Shown here in pieces: positions 27,458 through 39,498 of a stretch of DNA of 64,000 nt (the stretch's first letter is position 1; every line of letters starts with the position of its first letter). Both the position numbers and the translations under genes were made by a program. The stretch comes from Eledone cirrhosa (Eukaryota). The stretch covers positions 84,382,001 to 84,446,000 of the forward strand of contig OZ024741.1 of the NCBI GenBank assembly GCA_964016885.1, written 5' to 3'. The notes under the pieces were generated by a model that saw only the letters and a list, made by a program, of their open reading frames with translations, did not search any database and was not told the DNA's origin.

Positions 27458-27593
27458 TCATCATTTCTGAAGACAGCATGTATATGTCAAGGTATGTATA
27501 TTTCCTCTGATAATTTGTAATATTTTTACATAGATCTATATGATATACATACCAACACACTTATACATCCGAGAAACGATCGTAAAATGATGA
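27458..27593 (+). ncRNA. Type I hammerhead motif with ~100-nt stem II in P1 pseudo-LTR (right arm)
   Basis: UCAUCAUUU-CUGAAGA-[GGUAUGUAUAU/AUAUACAUACC hairpin]-GAAA-CGAUCG-UA-AAAUGAUGA; perfect 9-bp stem I, palindromic stem III ACGAUCGU. Confidence 0.75.
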
Positions 27594-27778
27594 ATTATTT
27601 AATATAAAGAATTTGTTCTTAGTTTTTATTTCATTGTTTTTATTAATTTACCCCGACTCTGTTTTCCTATGATTTTCATCGAACATTTTCGAATGCATCT
27701 TCTCTTTTCATGATATTTGGATTACATTGGATTCTTCATACGGATTGGACACTACCGTATATTTTGGTAGACTTATCT

Positions 27779-27814
<36 letters not shown>

Positions 27815-27828
27815 TATATTTATATATC

Positions 27829-27890
<62 letters not shown>

Positions 27891-27895
<5 letters not shown>

Positions 27896-27960
27896 TTTGA
27901 CTGATGAGGACGTACTGAAAAGACAACACAGTACCTTTGAAATATATATAATAAAGTATA
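27891..27960 (+). ncRNA. Type I hammerhead motif in a ~120-bp island between (TA)n tracts
   Basis: UAUAUUUUGa-CUGAUGA-GGAcGUACUG...CAGUACcUUU-GAAA-UAUAUA-UA-aUAAAGUAUA. Confidence 0.6.
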
Positions 27961-28122
27961 TATTTTGATTATGAGAACATTTTTCATTTGTTAATATTTT
28001 GAATAATATATATATATATATATATTTATATATATGTATATATATATACATATGTGTATATACCCGTACACACATACAAACTAATGTATAAATATAAAAA
28101 TAAACATATATACATATATATA

Positions 28123-28158
<36 letters not shown>

Positions 28159-28629
28159 CACATACACACACATACATATACACATACATATACACATATA
28201 TTCACATACACATATACGCACATACGTAAACACGCATCCACATACACATACAAAAACATACAAAAAAATTAGAAAGATGAATCTCATAGGTACATAACCC
28301 ACGCGCACACAAACACGCAATAGAAAATCATCACACGCATACAATTAAACATATATACGTAAATAAACACATATATACAAAAATACATATACATACATAT
28401 ATACACATATATACACATATACATATATACACATGTACATATTTATATACATATATATATATATACACGTGCGTGTGTGTGCGCAGAAACATATAGGCAG
28501 ACAAACTATAAATACACACACGCTCACAGGTGGGAGTATAGAAAGTGGTGGGAAGGGTACCAAAAAATGAAAAAATGAAAAATATTATATTATACTCCAG
28601 ACGACATTTCGTGTGCTTCGAGACAGTTA

Positions 28630-28698
28630 TTTATTCATTCTGACGACTGAAGACAGACATAACATCTGACTTCAAGAAATCACTGATAAATGAAATAA
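28630..28698 (+). ncRNA. Type I hammerhead motif (same family as 22724-22790)
   Basis: UUAUUCAUU-CUGACGA-cUGAAGaCAGA...UCUGaCUUCAa-GAAA-UCACUGA-UA-AAUGAAAUAA. Confidence 0.7.
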
Positions 28699-30118
28699 TT
28701 ATCTTATCTGTTTATTACATAACTAATAAGCTCTGTAGCATACATAGAGCACTCTTTTTCCCCCTACCTTTCCGACAGAAATACTTCATATATATACTGT
28801 ATATACGAGTATATATAAATATACCCGTGTGTGTGTGAGTCTATCGATCTATGCATATATAGAGAGAGATACAGAAATAGTGAGAGATGGATGCAGACGG
28901 AGAATTATACATATTGAATTCTGATTAACACTTAATTACAATAATTATTGGAATTGATAGCTGATGAACTTGTGGATATTTGAACATTATAATATATATC
29001 TCTAGTTTTAGACACTTGTATTATAGTAATGCAATGAACTTGAACTAATAAAACGGTTGATGTTATATTTCTACTGTCAGCTTTGTTGGCTTTCACCAAC
29101 TTTCTTCAAAAGGAGTCAGCATATAACAGTCATCCTCACTTCATTCTCTCTCTTTCTCTCTTTCTTATTTTCTCTCTCTCACTCTCGTCCTCTCTCCCTC
29201 GCTCTCTCACTCTCTCTCACACACACTCTCTCTCTCTCTCTCTATCTATCTCTCTCTCACTTTCTTTCTTCCTATCTCTCCCGGCTTTTGTTTCTTTCTT
29301 TTCGTTCAGGTATTGGAACCTAACTGATAGTAAACCATAACACCATTAGCTCTAGCGTTGTGATACCAGCTTGAAGTTACCTGAATACCGGTAACCACAC
29401 AACAATCTGTATATATATATATATAGCTTGGCTGCAAACTAAAGCTTCGTTAATGCTGTACTAAAATTTGTATTTTAACTCCTAGAATTAACGATTAACT
29501 GATTAATTTAATTAGATAATTCTATTGATTGATTAATTGTTTATGTTTGTTTGATAACTTCTGGTTGAGTGCTTAATTCGGTTTGTCTAAGGGGATTTCA
29601 TTCCTTTGTCTCAAATTTCGAATTCACCGCCAAAACGGGGGTTACCTGCCTTGGAGAAAACCACGTGTCTATAGCGAAATTTACTGCTAGAACATACCCG
29701 CAGAGGCTAAAGAACACAAGGCCTGTTGAAGAAGTAAATCCTTTGTTCTGTCATCAAAGACCATTAACTTGCAGACCCCTGCAAGCGGAATTTGTCGATC
29801 TTGGATTTGCAGATACCTAGCGCTGATGTGTGCTGTATGTGATGTATATCGTATGCTATACGATATGCATTGTATGTTGCATTCGGTCTCACCGTTATGT
29901 CTAGGTCAGTCTAAAATCTTTTCCTGAGTGCAACCATTCTCGTTGCTGTGGTAATGCGGCTGGACTGCCGATCGCTATATTTGATTTGCTAAGCTGTCTA
30001 AACGTATTGTTATTACTCTGGGATACTATTCCCATTCGAGTGCTAAAGCTACATACCGAAATTGCATTCGTTACCTTGGCCGCAAACTAAAGCTTCGTTA
30101 ATGCTGTACTGTACTAAA

Positions 30119-30221
<103 letters not shown>

Positions 30222-30460
30222 TAGAGTGGCCTATATAGAGAAATTGTTTGATATACCACGGGTCAGCGGGCACTAGCTTGATAACGAACAGTGTCTGAAA
30301 TGATGATCCCATCATCGATAGTTACCCGTACTTCTCTTCTGTTGGAACATACTAGATGGCGCTACATCATCATTTTCAAATTCATAGCTGAAGGCTTACA
30401 AAATGTTTATTTCTAAACAAAGCGTATATTGCTAGATATACAATTCAAATTCACGTATTT

Positions 30461-30505
<45 letters not shown>

Positions 30506-30509
<4 letters not shown>

Positions 30510-30623
30510 AGATTCAGGACCCCGACGGCTGACCTCCGGCCGTTTCGACAACTAGATTCGAACTCAGTTCGGATCTAGCTGTCGAAACGGCCGGAGCTCA
30601 GCCGTCAGGGTTCTAAATCTTTC
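30506..30623. repeat. ~118-bp palindrome built from the 3' half of a hammerhead-bearing pseudo-LTR family
   Basis: gacggctgacctccggccgtttcgaca ... tgtcgaaacggccggagctcagccgtc; related to 23404-23445, 36763-36953 and 46537-46660. Confidence 0.85.
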
Positions 30624-30880
30624 CATGTTACCCACTCTACTACTCCAAGTATCCAGTACTCTCGTTCGTTATGGTCTAGCTGGTTTTTACCACACCATAT
30701 GTGATATATATATATATATATTTGCTCTACGGTTCTTACGGTATATATTTGATATATATTTATCCTTATCGAGGCCTCCTTAGATTATAGTCGTCAAATT
30801 TATTATTATTATTACTATATATATATACATATATATATATCACATATGCGTGTGTTTGTGTGTGTGTGTGTGTGTGTATA

Positions 30881-32114
30881 CGAGTGTGGGCTGAAATCTT
30901 CACAGGCCGACCAAGATACTCTCATGAAATGTGATCAAATAATGTTCAATGTTCAACTTAGTCCCCCTTTCAATCGGTGTTGTAGTACTTGGATCCCAAT
31001 GCTGCAGAAACTTCCATTCTGTAGCTAAAGAAAATTCATCAACAGCAGAAATGACGTCGTTATTACACAGTGGTACTGGTTCCCAGCTAAGTCCTTTTTC
31101 CTGTTGGGGCCGTATCTAGAGAATAGGGAGGGTGTTCAACCAGTTCAAAGCCACAATTACGCACATCAGCCATTGATACCAAGGTCTTCTGTGTCAGGGC
31201 ATAGTATTGATGTAACAAGACCCCTTCCGTAATTTTCCCTGGGTGTTTGGTCTTGATAGTCTTTCGTAACAGCCTCAGCAAGTTAGCATAGTACCGTCCA
31301 TTGGTTGTGTGGCCATTTTGAAGATAGAAAAAAGCTGAAGTCATCACCTACCTTGCTGATGAAACGACCTTGACTTTCTTTGGAACAGGTGAGGAGGAGC
31401 GTTTCCACTGCATGGATTATCTGTTTCTCTCTAGCTCAAAATGATGACCACAACACATCCTTGTTTAAGAATCGTTCGAGGAAGCGAGCTGGATCTGCCT
31501 CAAAATCAGATTTCCCCATGATATGGCCAGGCTGGTTCGTTGTTTTTTCAGGTGTTAGAAGCTGTGACACCCACCGAGGAGATATCTTTATCATGCCATG
31601 TTCATTGTGCAGAATAATGTCGAATATGTCACGGTATATGCTAATCGCATTGGCTATTCGATTTATGATCAATCGCCTGTCATCCATTACCTTGTGATGA
31701 ACACGATCAATATTTTCCTTGGTAGTGGCAGTTGCAGGACGTTCAGACCTTTTGGTCATCTTCAAGACTCTCTATTGCCCTCCTAAATTCTGATGCCCGT
31801 GTTTGCACTGTTGATAAACCTGGAGTTTCAACTCTTAATATAGCAAACATGACAGCCATGACACCCAGATCCTTGGGTGCTAAATGCTTTTTCTCTGGGT
31901 ATATAATTATACCACGATGCTAAATTTAGTCTATTTTCAAGAGACGTCGCCATGAGTTACATTTGAAGTCTTCTTCCAACAGTCAGGTATCAGTTTACCT
32001 GACAGAAAACAATGCAGTTATTAAGAATAAAAGTTAAAACTAATACAAGCAAGACTTCACAGCACTAACATCACCGCTTCCTAGTCAGCCTATGAACTTT
32101 TCAGTCTACCCTCG
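30881..32114 (-). mobile_element. Tc1/mariner DNA transposon, near full length, transposase pseudogenised
   Basis: TIRs cgagtgtgggctgaaatcttcacaggccgac / gtcagcctatgaacttttcagtctaccctcg with TA on both sides; remnants ISPRWVSQLLT (WVPxxL) and LVEHPPYSLDTAP (HPPYSPDLAP). Confidence 0.9.
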
Positions 32115-33220
32115 TATATGAATATATATCAGAATATCTCTCTGCTATTCATGTTTAGCCTCAGGTTAGCTCTCACTGAGCATACCTCAATTCAAAGAAG
32201 CCCCAGCCATCTCCTCCGCAGATGGTTCTCAGACCTAATGTACATTGAATTACATCGTCGAATGCCTCAGGTTTATGAAAGGTCAACCCATAATTTGGCA
32301 AGTGTTTAACTGTTATTTTAGCAGATCGAGCGAATAAGACCCGATAATAAAGTACCAGTCAAATACTGGAATCGATTCCTCCTCTAACCTCTACATGCTA
32401 TCAGTTTCATCCCTCAGTAACTGTCTGTGGATAACTAGAGCTTTTCTACGATACCATGGAGTTTGGGTACATATAGAAAATATAAACTTCTTCTTCGTTG
32501 ATTATCAAACAATTCTTCTTATTAATTGGTTTTGTGTCTAATTGTAATAAAGCATATATATGAAGAGTTACACATTGTGTAAGGAAGTTAAACAAAACAA
32601 AAAACCCATTGCATCGCATAATTTAAGTTTCAATGTTTTAGTGTTTCTACATATTGATGAGAACGTTAAAATAGGATATATGCTATAGTATTTCCTTCGT
32701 TACTGAAATGAACATTTTAATAGAAAGATCAATCTTACTGTATTGCCTCTTGACATTTTGATCTCACAGCATACAAACTCAACTCTCTAATCCAGCTTTC
32801 TATTACGTTCAAAGAAACACAACATCAACAGTAACAACAATAATGGCGTACATAGCTATAGTGGTTTACAGCTGTAGTAATTGAATGGAATAAAAGTAGC
32901 GATAGAAAATATATTGCTTATGTATACAAATAACTGTTGGCAGACAAAATGTGAGCTAGAAAAAACAAACAAAGAAGAAAAACAAAATTTTGATGGCTTC
33001 CATAAAATGAAGAAAAATGAGCTTTATATTTCGAATATGTGTTTAATCCGCCGCTCATAAAACACAGATGGCAGGCACGAACCTATGTTAACGACTTAAT
33101 CGATTCTTGTGGTCATATGTATGTATACACAAACACACAAACACTTATATAGACAATCACATATATGTATGTATGTATATCTATCTATGTATATATATAT
33201 ATACATAGATAGATGTACAT

Positions 33221-33284
<64 letters not shown>

Positions 33285-33954
33285 CACCATATCACCATCT
33301 TTACCCACACACGATCCCCATTACAGACATCTCAATATTTCAACATTAAATACAAACTCGGAGAATAGAGGCAGTGATTTATAATTTAACAGACCAGAAA
33401 ATCCCAATTACATCTATGAGAAGACATTTATGAAAATCAATAAACTTTGTGATAGTGGAAAATGAAAAGAAGAAAAAAGTGTTGGAGTAAACTCGGTTTA
33501 CATGGGTCTATGCTATACTTTAAAAGGTAAGATCATTTCACAAACAGTTTAAGATTCGTGTGTTTGTGTGTATGTGTGTGTGTGTGTGTGTGTATGTGTG
33601 TGTGTGTGTCTATGTGTGTCTGTGTGTGTGTGTCTGTGTTTGTGTGTTAGCCTACACCTGAAGTTAAAGTGCAAATGGATGAGGATTGAATAGATTTATG
33701 CACCTTTGGTGAAGCTCTTAGGGTAGAGACGGACAATCCAAGTGATACGTTGTGTGACAGGGCTGGAACTTTGAATTGAAGGAACAACACATTTCATTTT
33801 GGTAACTGAATGGAATGGAATAACATATAATAAAGTATATTCAGCGAGGACTCAATGAGCTGCCGAGTCCAAGCGTCAAATGCTTGAACATACGATTGCG
33901 TAACCAACATCCTTAACACTAAGGTAATTTCTTTTACGTATATAATGTATAAAG

Positions 33955-34183
33955 GTCTGTTTCAATGGGGTGAAGCAACTGAGATTACAAGACTCTCCAC
34001 AAGACGAGATTGCTGTTCATCGCATGGGTAACTCCCGGCAACTACAGGTACTTATTTTCAGCTAAGTATACTGGAAGAACATAAAATGAAGATTTATGCC
34101 CAAAAATAAAACACGAAATCGGTCCAGGAATCAAACCCATGACATTATGATTGTAGGTTCAAGACTGTAACCGCGTGCCTTCA
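33955..34183 (-). mobile_element. SINE family B
   Basis: ccaggaatcaaaccc is a reverse-complement B-box; homologous to 6679-6945. Confidence 0.7.
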
Positions 34184-35145
34184 CCAAGAATTTCTACAAT
34201 AGTTAAAAAGTAGAAAACTTCCTAACTATGTTTAGACGTAAAGATAAATAAATAAATAATACTTCAAGCACGGAAGGAACTTAATATGCAAGGATGGGGA
34301 ATTGATAGAAATTAAACCAATTCTACAAATTCCATGCACTTTAACAATACTGTAATTAAACTACGAAGAGATGTTATTGCTGCCATTTCCTATATCGAAG
34401 TTTATTTGCAAATCATCAATAATGCTTGACAGAATCTACACTATACTGTCTGCTTTATTGCAAACAGTGCTTTGTCCAAACAACCTTCAAGAAATATTCC
34501 TCTACCATTTCAGACTCATGCAAAACATACACACACGCGCGCGAACGCGCACATCCTGAGACACAGTCAAACACATACATATACAAAGAAATACATACAC
34601 GTATATAAGCATACAATCATGAATACAAGCAAATGTATATATACATGCATATATGTATACCTGTATATATATACGTACGTACATACATACCTCTATACAT
34701 ATAAGGAACAAAGATAGTCACACACCCATACAATCATACATACCCGCATTAGCACATGCCCACAAAATACAGACTCTCTCCCCCATGATCACATACACAC
34801 TCACCATCACCAGCACTAGCTACAACATAAATCAGAATGAAGGGAACATATTTATGAAGTCCTGGAACTGATTAAAACATACGAGATGGTAAACCGAGAT
34901 GGCAGCGCTATGACAATGAGAAATTCAATTTTAGTGTCGGGATGAAAATTGGAGAACCGCAAATCTTAAGAACAAATTATGTGTGTACTATTGCATGCAA
35001 AGATATAGCAAATTCCTGTGGATATTTATTCGGATTCTTCTGCTCAAGTATATTGAATCAATGTTTTCTCATGGTGACAGCACATTTCTAACCATATGCG
35101 CACACACGTGCGCACACATTTATGTATATGTATAAATATATATCA

Positions 35146-35565
35146 GCAATGAGAATAGTATCAGGCACACTGAAATCTACACCTACTCAGTGGCTGCCTA
35201 CCCATTCTCATATAACACCTTCTCACATACGGCGTCAGCACTTCTTACCAAGTCCAGGCCTGACCTTCCCATCCGTAAAGACCTGGAAAACCCTCACAAC
35301 ATGCTCTAGAAATCAAGCAAACCATTCTGGGAATCAATGAAAACCCTTCGGAACAATAGCCTTGATCGGAAGGAATTGTAGAGATGATCATGGAATGAGT
35401 CAAAAACTGCAAACCAGGACCTCGTCCGGAATTTTACTTCCAAACCAGCCTGTTTTGATCATCCTAGAAAGCAATGGGTGACATTTAGTCGCATCGTACA
35501 ACACATGTCAGAACAGCCCATCGTTTGCATCAATGGAAAATGAAAGCTACAGTGCATATGTCATA
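35146..35565 (+). mobile_element. Vingi/Ingi-like LINE 3' fragment, degenerate
   Basis: AMRIVSGTLKSTPTQWLPTHSHITPSHIRR and [17 protein letters not shown] resemble the Ingi/Vingi motifs MRxIxGxLKxTPxxxLP and PPGFDLPRxxWVxLNR. Confidence 0.55.
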
Positions 35566-35574
35566 CAACAAGAA

Positions 35575-35637
<63 letters not shown>

Positions 35638-35639
35638 TG

Positions 35640-36655
35640 TGTATACGTACATACATATATGTATACAGACGTACAGTAGTGTGTATATATATGTATACAT
35701 ACATGCACACATATATATATATGTACGTATGGGTTTACCGAACTTTTATTATAATGTTCGGTTTGTTTGTAAACAAATAGCCCGAATTACGCCGTACAGT
35801 GTTCGGCAACCATCGTCGCCTTTTTGTTCAACACTGACACAAGATCGATGTACTAGTTAGACGTACAGTAGTATGTATATATATACATACATGCACACAT
35901 ATATATATGTACGCATGGGTTTACCGAACATTTATTATTCGGTTTGTAAACAAACAGCCCGAATTACGCCGTTCCTGTGTCAGTTTTGAACAAAATGGCG
36001 ACGATGGTTGCCGAACAGTGTACTGTGTAATTCGGACATTTTGTTTACAAACAAACCGAACATTATAATAAATGTTCGGTAAACCCATACGTACATATAT
36101 ATATATATATATGTTCATGTATGTATATATATATACATACGACTGTACGTCTGTACACATATAAATATGTATGTATACATACTTATATTTAGGTATCTGC
36201 CGTACTAAGAGTGAGAAATGAAATTTCGTTTCATTCTTTTCCATTTATCGTTTTCGGTACGCCCGGCCGACTAACTCACTCGATATGCAAATTAGGCGGC
36301 TCAGCCGTTAATATGCATAATGAAAATATATACTTTCAAACGTTCAATCATCTGACAGGAAGGTATACGATGCTGACGATAGCTAATAAGCTGGAAACTA
36401 GTACATCGTTCCTGTGACAGCGTTAAACAAAGAGGCGACGATGGTCGCGGAACACTCTACGGCGTAATTCGGGCTTTTTGTTTACAAACAAACCGAACAT
36501 TATAATAATGTTCGGTAAACCCATACGTACATATATATAGGTGTGCATGTATGTATATATATATACATACTACTGTACGTATGTAGGTATACATACTTAT
36601 ATTTAGGTATCAGCCGTACTAAGAGTGGGAAATGATATTTTGTTTCATTCTTTTC
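35640..36655. mobile_element. Non-coding HHR-bearing repeat: ~437-bp direct tandem unit plus inverted partial copies (retrozyme-like or PLE pseudo-LTR derived)
   Basis: 35970-36243 matches 36407-36655; 35640-35858 and 35860-35970 are inverted partial copies; a further fragment lies at 44675-44726. Confidence 0.75.
36367..36409 (+). ncRNA. Canonical minimal type I hammerhead ribozyme
   Basis: ACGAUG-CUGACGA-UAGCUaauaAGCUG-GAAA-CUAG-UA-CAUCGU: perfect 6-bp stem I, 5-bp stem II, palindromic ACUAGU stem III, intact core. Confidence 0.9.
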
Positions 36656-36666
36656 CACACACACAC

Positions 36667-36715
<49 letters not shown>

Positions 36716-36716
36716 C

Positions 36717-36750
<34 letters not shown>

Positions 36751-36854
36751 GTATATATATATAACAAAGGAATTGTGGTAAGGAACCAAATGGACCATAA
36801 CGCACTAGAGTACTCAATACTTAGGCTAGTAGAGTGGGAAATAAGAAAAAGTAT

Positions 36855-36953
36855 GACCCCGACGGCAGAGCTCAAGCCGTTTCGACGGCTATTTCTGCAC
36901 TAAATTAGAATTTTTAGCCTGGTGAATAAATAGCCGAACTTTTCAAGGGGGTA
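36855..36953 (-). ncRNA. Type I hammerhead motif (U3-A8 variant) with stable stem III and GUC site
   Basis: Minus strand: aCCCCC-UUGAAAA-GuuCGGCUAUUU...AAAUAGCCGuC-GAA-ACGGC(uugagcucu)GCCGU-C-GGGGu. Confidence 0.75.
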
Positions 36954-37113
36954 CTTCCTTATATGGGAAGATTGTAGTTGTCAAGAGGATTGGTTAAAAT
37001 TTGTTGTAAACAGAAATAAGTCTATTGTTGGGAGGTAGGGGTGGCTGAACTTGCCTGTAGAACAATAGAGGAGTGAGTGGAGCGGTCAAGCGTTGAAAGT
37101 GATATGTATACAG

Positions 37114-38599
37114 CATACTTTGGGGATGAAAAGAGGTCAAGCCGGTGAAGGGTACACGAAAATTTGATGTTATTAAAGAATAGTGTTAAAAACGAAGGAA
37201 AGTAAAATTTTAGGGTAAGTGAGAAATATCAATCTTATTTAAACCACAAGGAATCTAGATCTATAACAAGAAATTAAATTAATTGATAGGTATACTTATA
37301 GGGATACATTTATATTACTTCATATGGATGTGATAAATAAGAATTAGATGTTATTAAAGAATGTTGTTAAAAACGAAGGAAAATAAAATTTTCGGATAAG
37401 GGTAGTAGTTAGAAACACCAATCTTATATAAACTATAAGGAATCTAGATTCATAACAGGAAATTAAATTAATTTATATCTATACGTTTAGGTATTAATTT
37501 TAGGAAAAGAGAGCTGTAAGAGGGAAATAAAATTATGAAGTTCTCTGTAGTAAAGTACTAATAATATGTTAACTAAATTTTTAAAAAAATAATTATAATA
37601 ATATGCAAAATATAAGTGTAAGGTGTATATTAATTAGGTTTATAATATTTGAAAGTTCTTCTAATTCTATGATTGCAAGATATAATTAAATCATTTCGCT
37701 TATTTAATAGGATATCCTTAGATTTCATTATTTCAAAAAGTTCCTGGGAACATAATTTACACTCATATAAGTTATTTTGATAAGGGCCCTTTTGAGCCCA
37801 CTCCAGGTCAGGTTGTAATCGATATTCTTTTTTCTATAATTATTAATTGTTTCAGCCAAGGATGTTGTATTAGCTAATGCGGCATTTTTAAAACTATGTA
37901 TGTGGATATTAAATCTTACTTTAAATTGGTTAGACGTAGCTCCTATATATGAATAAGTGGAGTCCTTGGTGCTAATTTTCCATTTATAGACTATGTTATT
38001 AATAAGACAATTTCCCTTTAATGGGCAATTTCTTTTTTTTCTACAGTTACAACCATTCGCGAATATTATATCGGGGAGTTATCAAATTCGGTGTGGAATT
38101 TATTTGACTTGTTATATGTGAAGGAGATGGTGGTTTGTTGCGGTTTATTTTAGTATTATGGTTGGTTTGATGTGTCGGTTGTATATTCGTGTTTTTTTTT
38201 ACATTTATATGCGTTGTACGCGCTTATATTTTGTTGTATATTTTTGGTAGTGGAGTAGGAAAATTTGACAGTTAATCTATTTAAAATTTGATGGTATTTA
38301 TGGTTTGGCGGGAAGTTTTTCTCTAGAATAGTAAAAAATGTTATGGATATTATCTTTAATTTGTAGATTAAATGGAGCATTATACCAAGTAACCCATCTA
38401 TTACGGTTTCCATATTGTTTTTTATATGTATACGATGTATCAGGATGTTTACTAAGAGAGTTACTATTAGTGAATTTATTATATGTAGGTTTAGTTAGAT
38501 GAACTGATTTAGGTGTTTTAGTCTTTTCATGATATTTGGATTACATTGAGTTCTTCATGCGGATTGGAAACTACCGTATATTTTGGTAGATTTATCTAC

Positions 38600-38600
<1 letters not shown>
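37114..38600 (-). mobile_element. Second locus of Penelope-like family P1 (truncated, rearranged)
   Basis: 37114-38522 aligns to 24527-25998; 38522-38600 matches the P1 terminal segment 27703-27782 in the + orientation. Confidence 0.9.
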
Positions 38601-38669
<69 letters not shown>

Positions 38670-38673
<4 letters not shown>

Positions 38674-39285
38674 CAAATTATAAAGTAAGAAAAAATAGTA
38701 GACACAGATACATACCTATTTTTTCTTTCATGTCCCGACTGTACAGTTTCGCTGGTCAGTATGCAGCAATCTTATATCATAGAGATGCAACATTGTTGTG
38801 AGGTAAGCCAGCTTTTCAAGGGAACACCTCAGGGAAAGAGCGCTTCCAGACACGTCCGTAGCAAGCGAGATATTATCACGTGATACACCGGTCAAGAAAG
38901 GGGACTAAATCCCTTGTAGCAGTGAAAAATATCTTAGAAGGTGGAGGGAGATATTGATATGATACCGAGGCTACAGATGGGTGGTAAGGGTGGTAAGGTT
39001 GACTGAAAGTGTTGACCGTTGTGCCACGTGATAATATTTCCCTCCGCCTATTTTAGATTTTCTCACTTGCTACGGACGTGTCTGTAAGCGCTGGGGACGT
39101 GTCTGGAAGCTCTTTCCCTGGGGTGTTCCCTTGAAAAGCTGGCTTAACTCACAACAATGTTGCATCTCTATGATGTAGAATTGTTGCATACTGACCAGCG
39201 AAACTGTACAGTCACGACATTGTAGAAAAAAATAGGTATATATCTGTCACTACTATTTCTTCTTACTTTATAATGTGTTACATAA
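38670..39285. repeat. Foldback element with ~200-bp inverted arms carrying HHRs
   Basis: 38670-38870 is the reverse complement of 39060-39285. Confidence 0.9.
38731..38826 (-). ncRNA. Type I hammerhead motif (U3-A8 variant, GUC site); partner copy 39124-39219 (+) has a damaged stem I
   Basis: Minus strand: UGUuCCC-UUGAAAA-GCUGG...CCAGC-GAAA-CUGUACAG-UC-GGGACA. Confidence 0.75.
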
Positions 39286-39445
39286 CTCTGATATCGAGTC
39301 AATTTAATTATTTCGATTATCTTGTCTCTCGTAACCATGGAGCAACACAGGTTAAGGTCGACAACACACAAACTCACATACTTGTGAAAAATATGTGTAT
39401 ATATATACATGTGTATGTATGCATTTTTATATGAGCGTACCTCTC

Positions 39446-39498
<53 letters not shown>

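Larger units (their letters stand above)
24165..27782 (-). mobile_element. Penelope-like element family P1: 5'-truncated, degenerate RT/GIY-YIG remnants with an inverted pseudo-LTR
   Basis: Minus-strand remnants VNFLDITLDLSTGIYQPYH, VTWYNAPFN, HKYHQIINRSTVKFSYSTT, CNCRIKRNCPLKGNCL. Region 24165-25345 is repeated in inverted form at 26539-27650; (TA)n on both sides. Confidence 0.9.

Noticed and set aside
30351-30364. CTCF-like motif ACTAGATGGCGCT (weaker matches near 12128 and 34895)
   Set aside because: Short matches are common in transposon remnants; unsupported without ChIP or conservation data.
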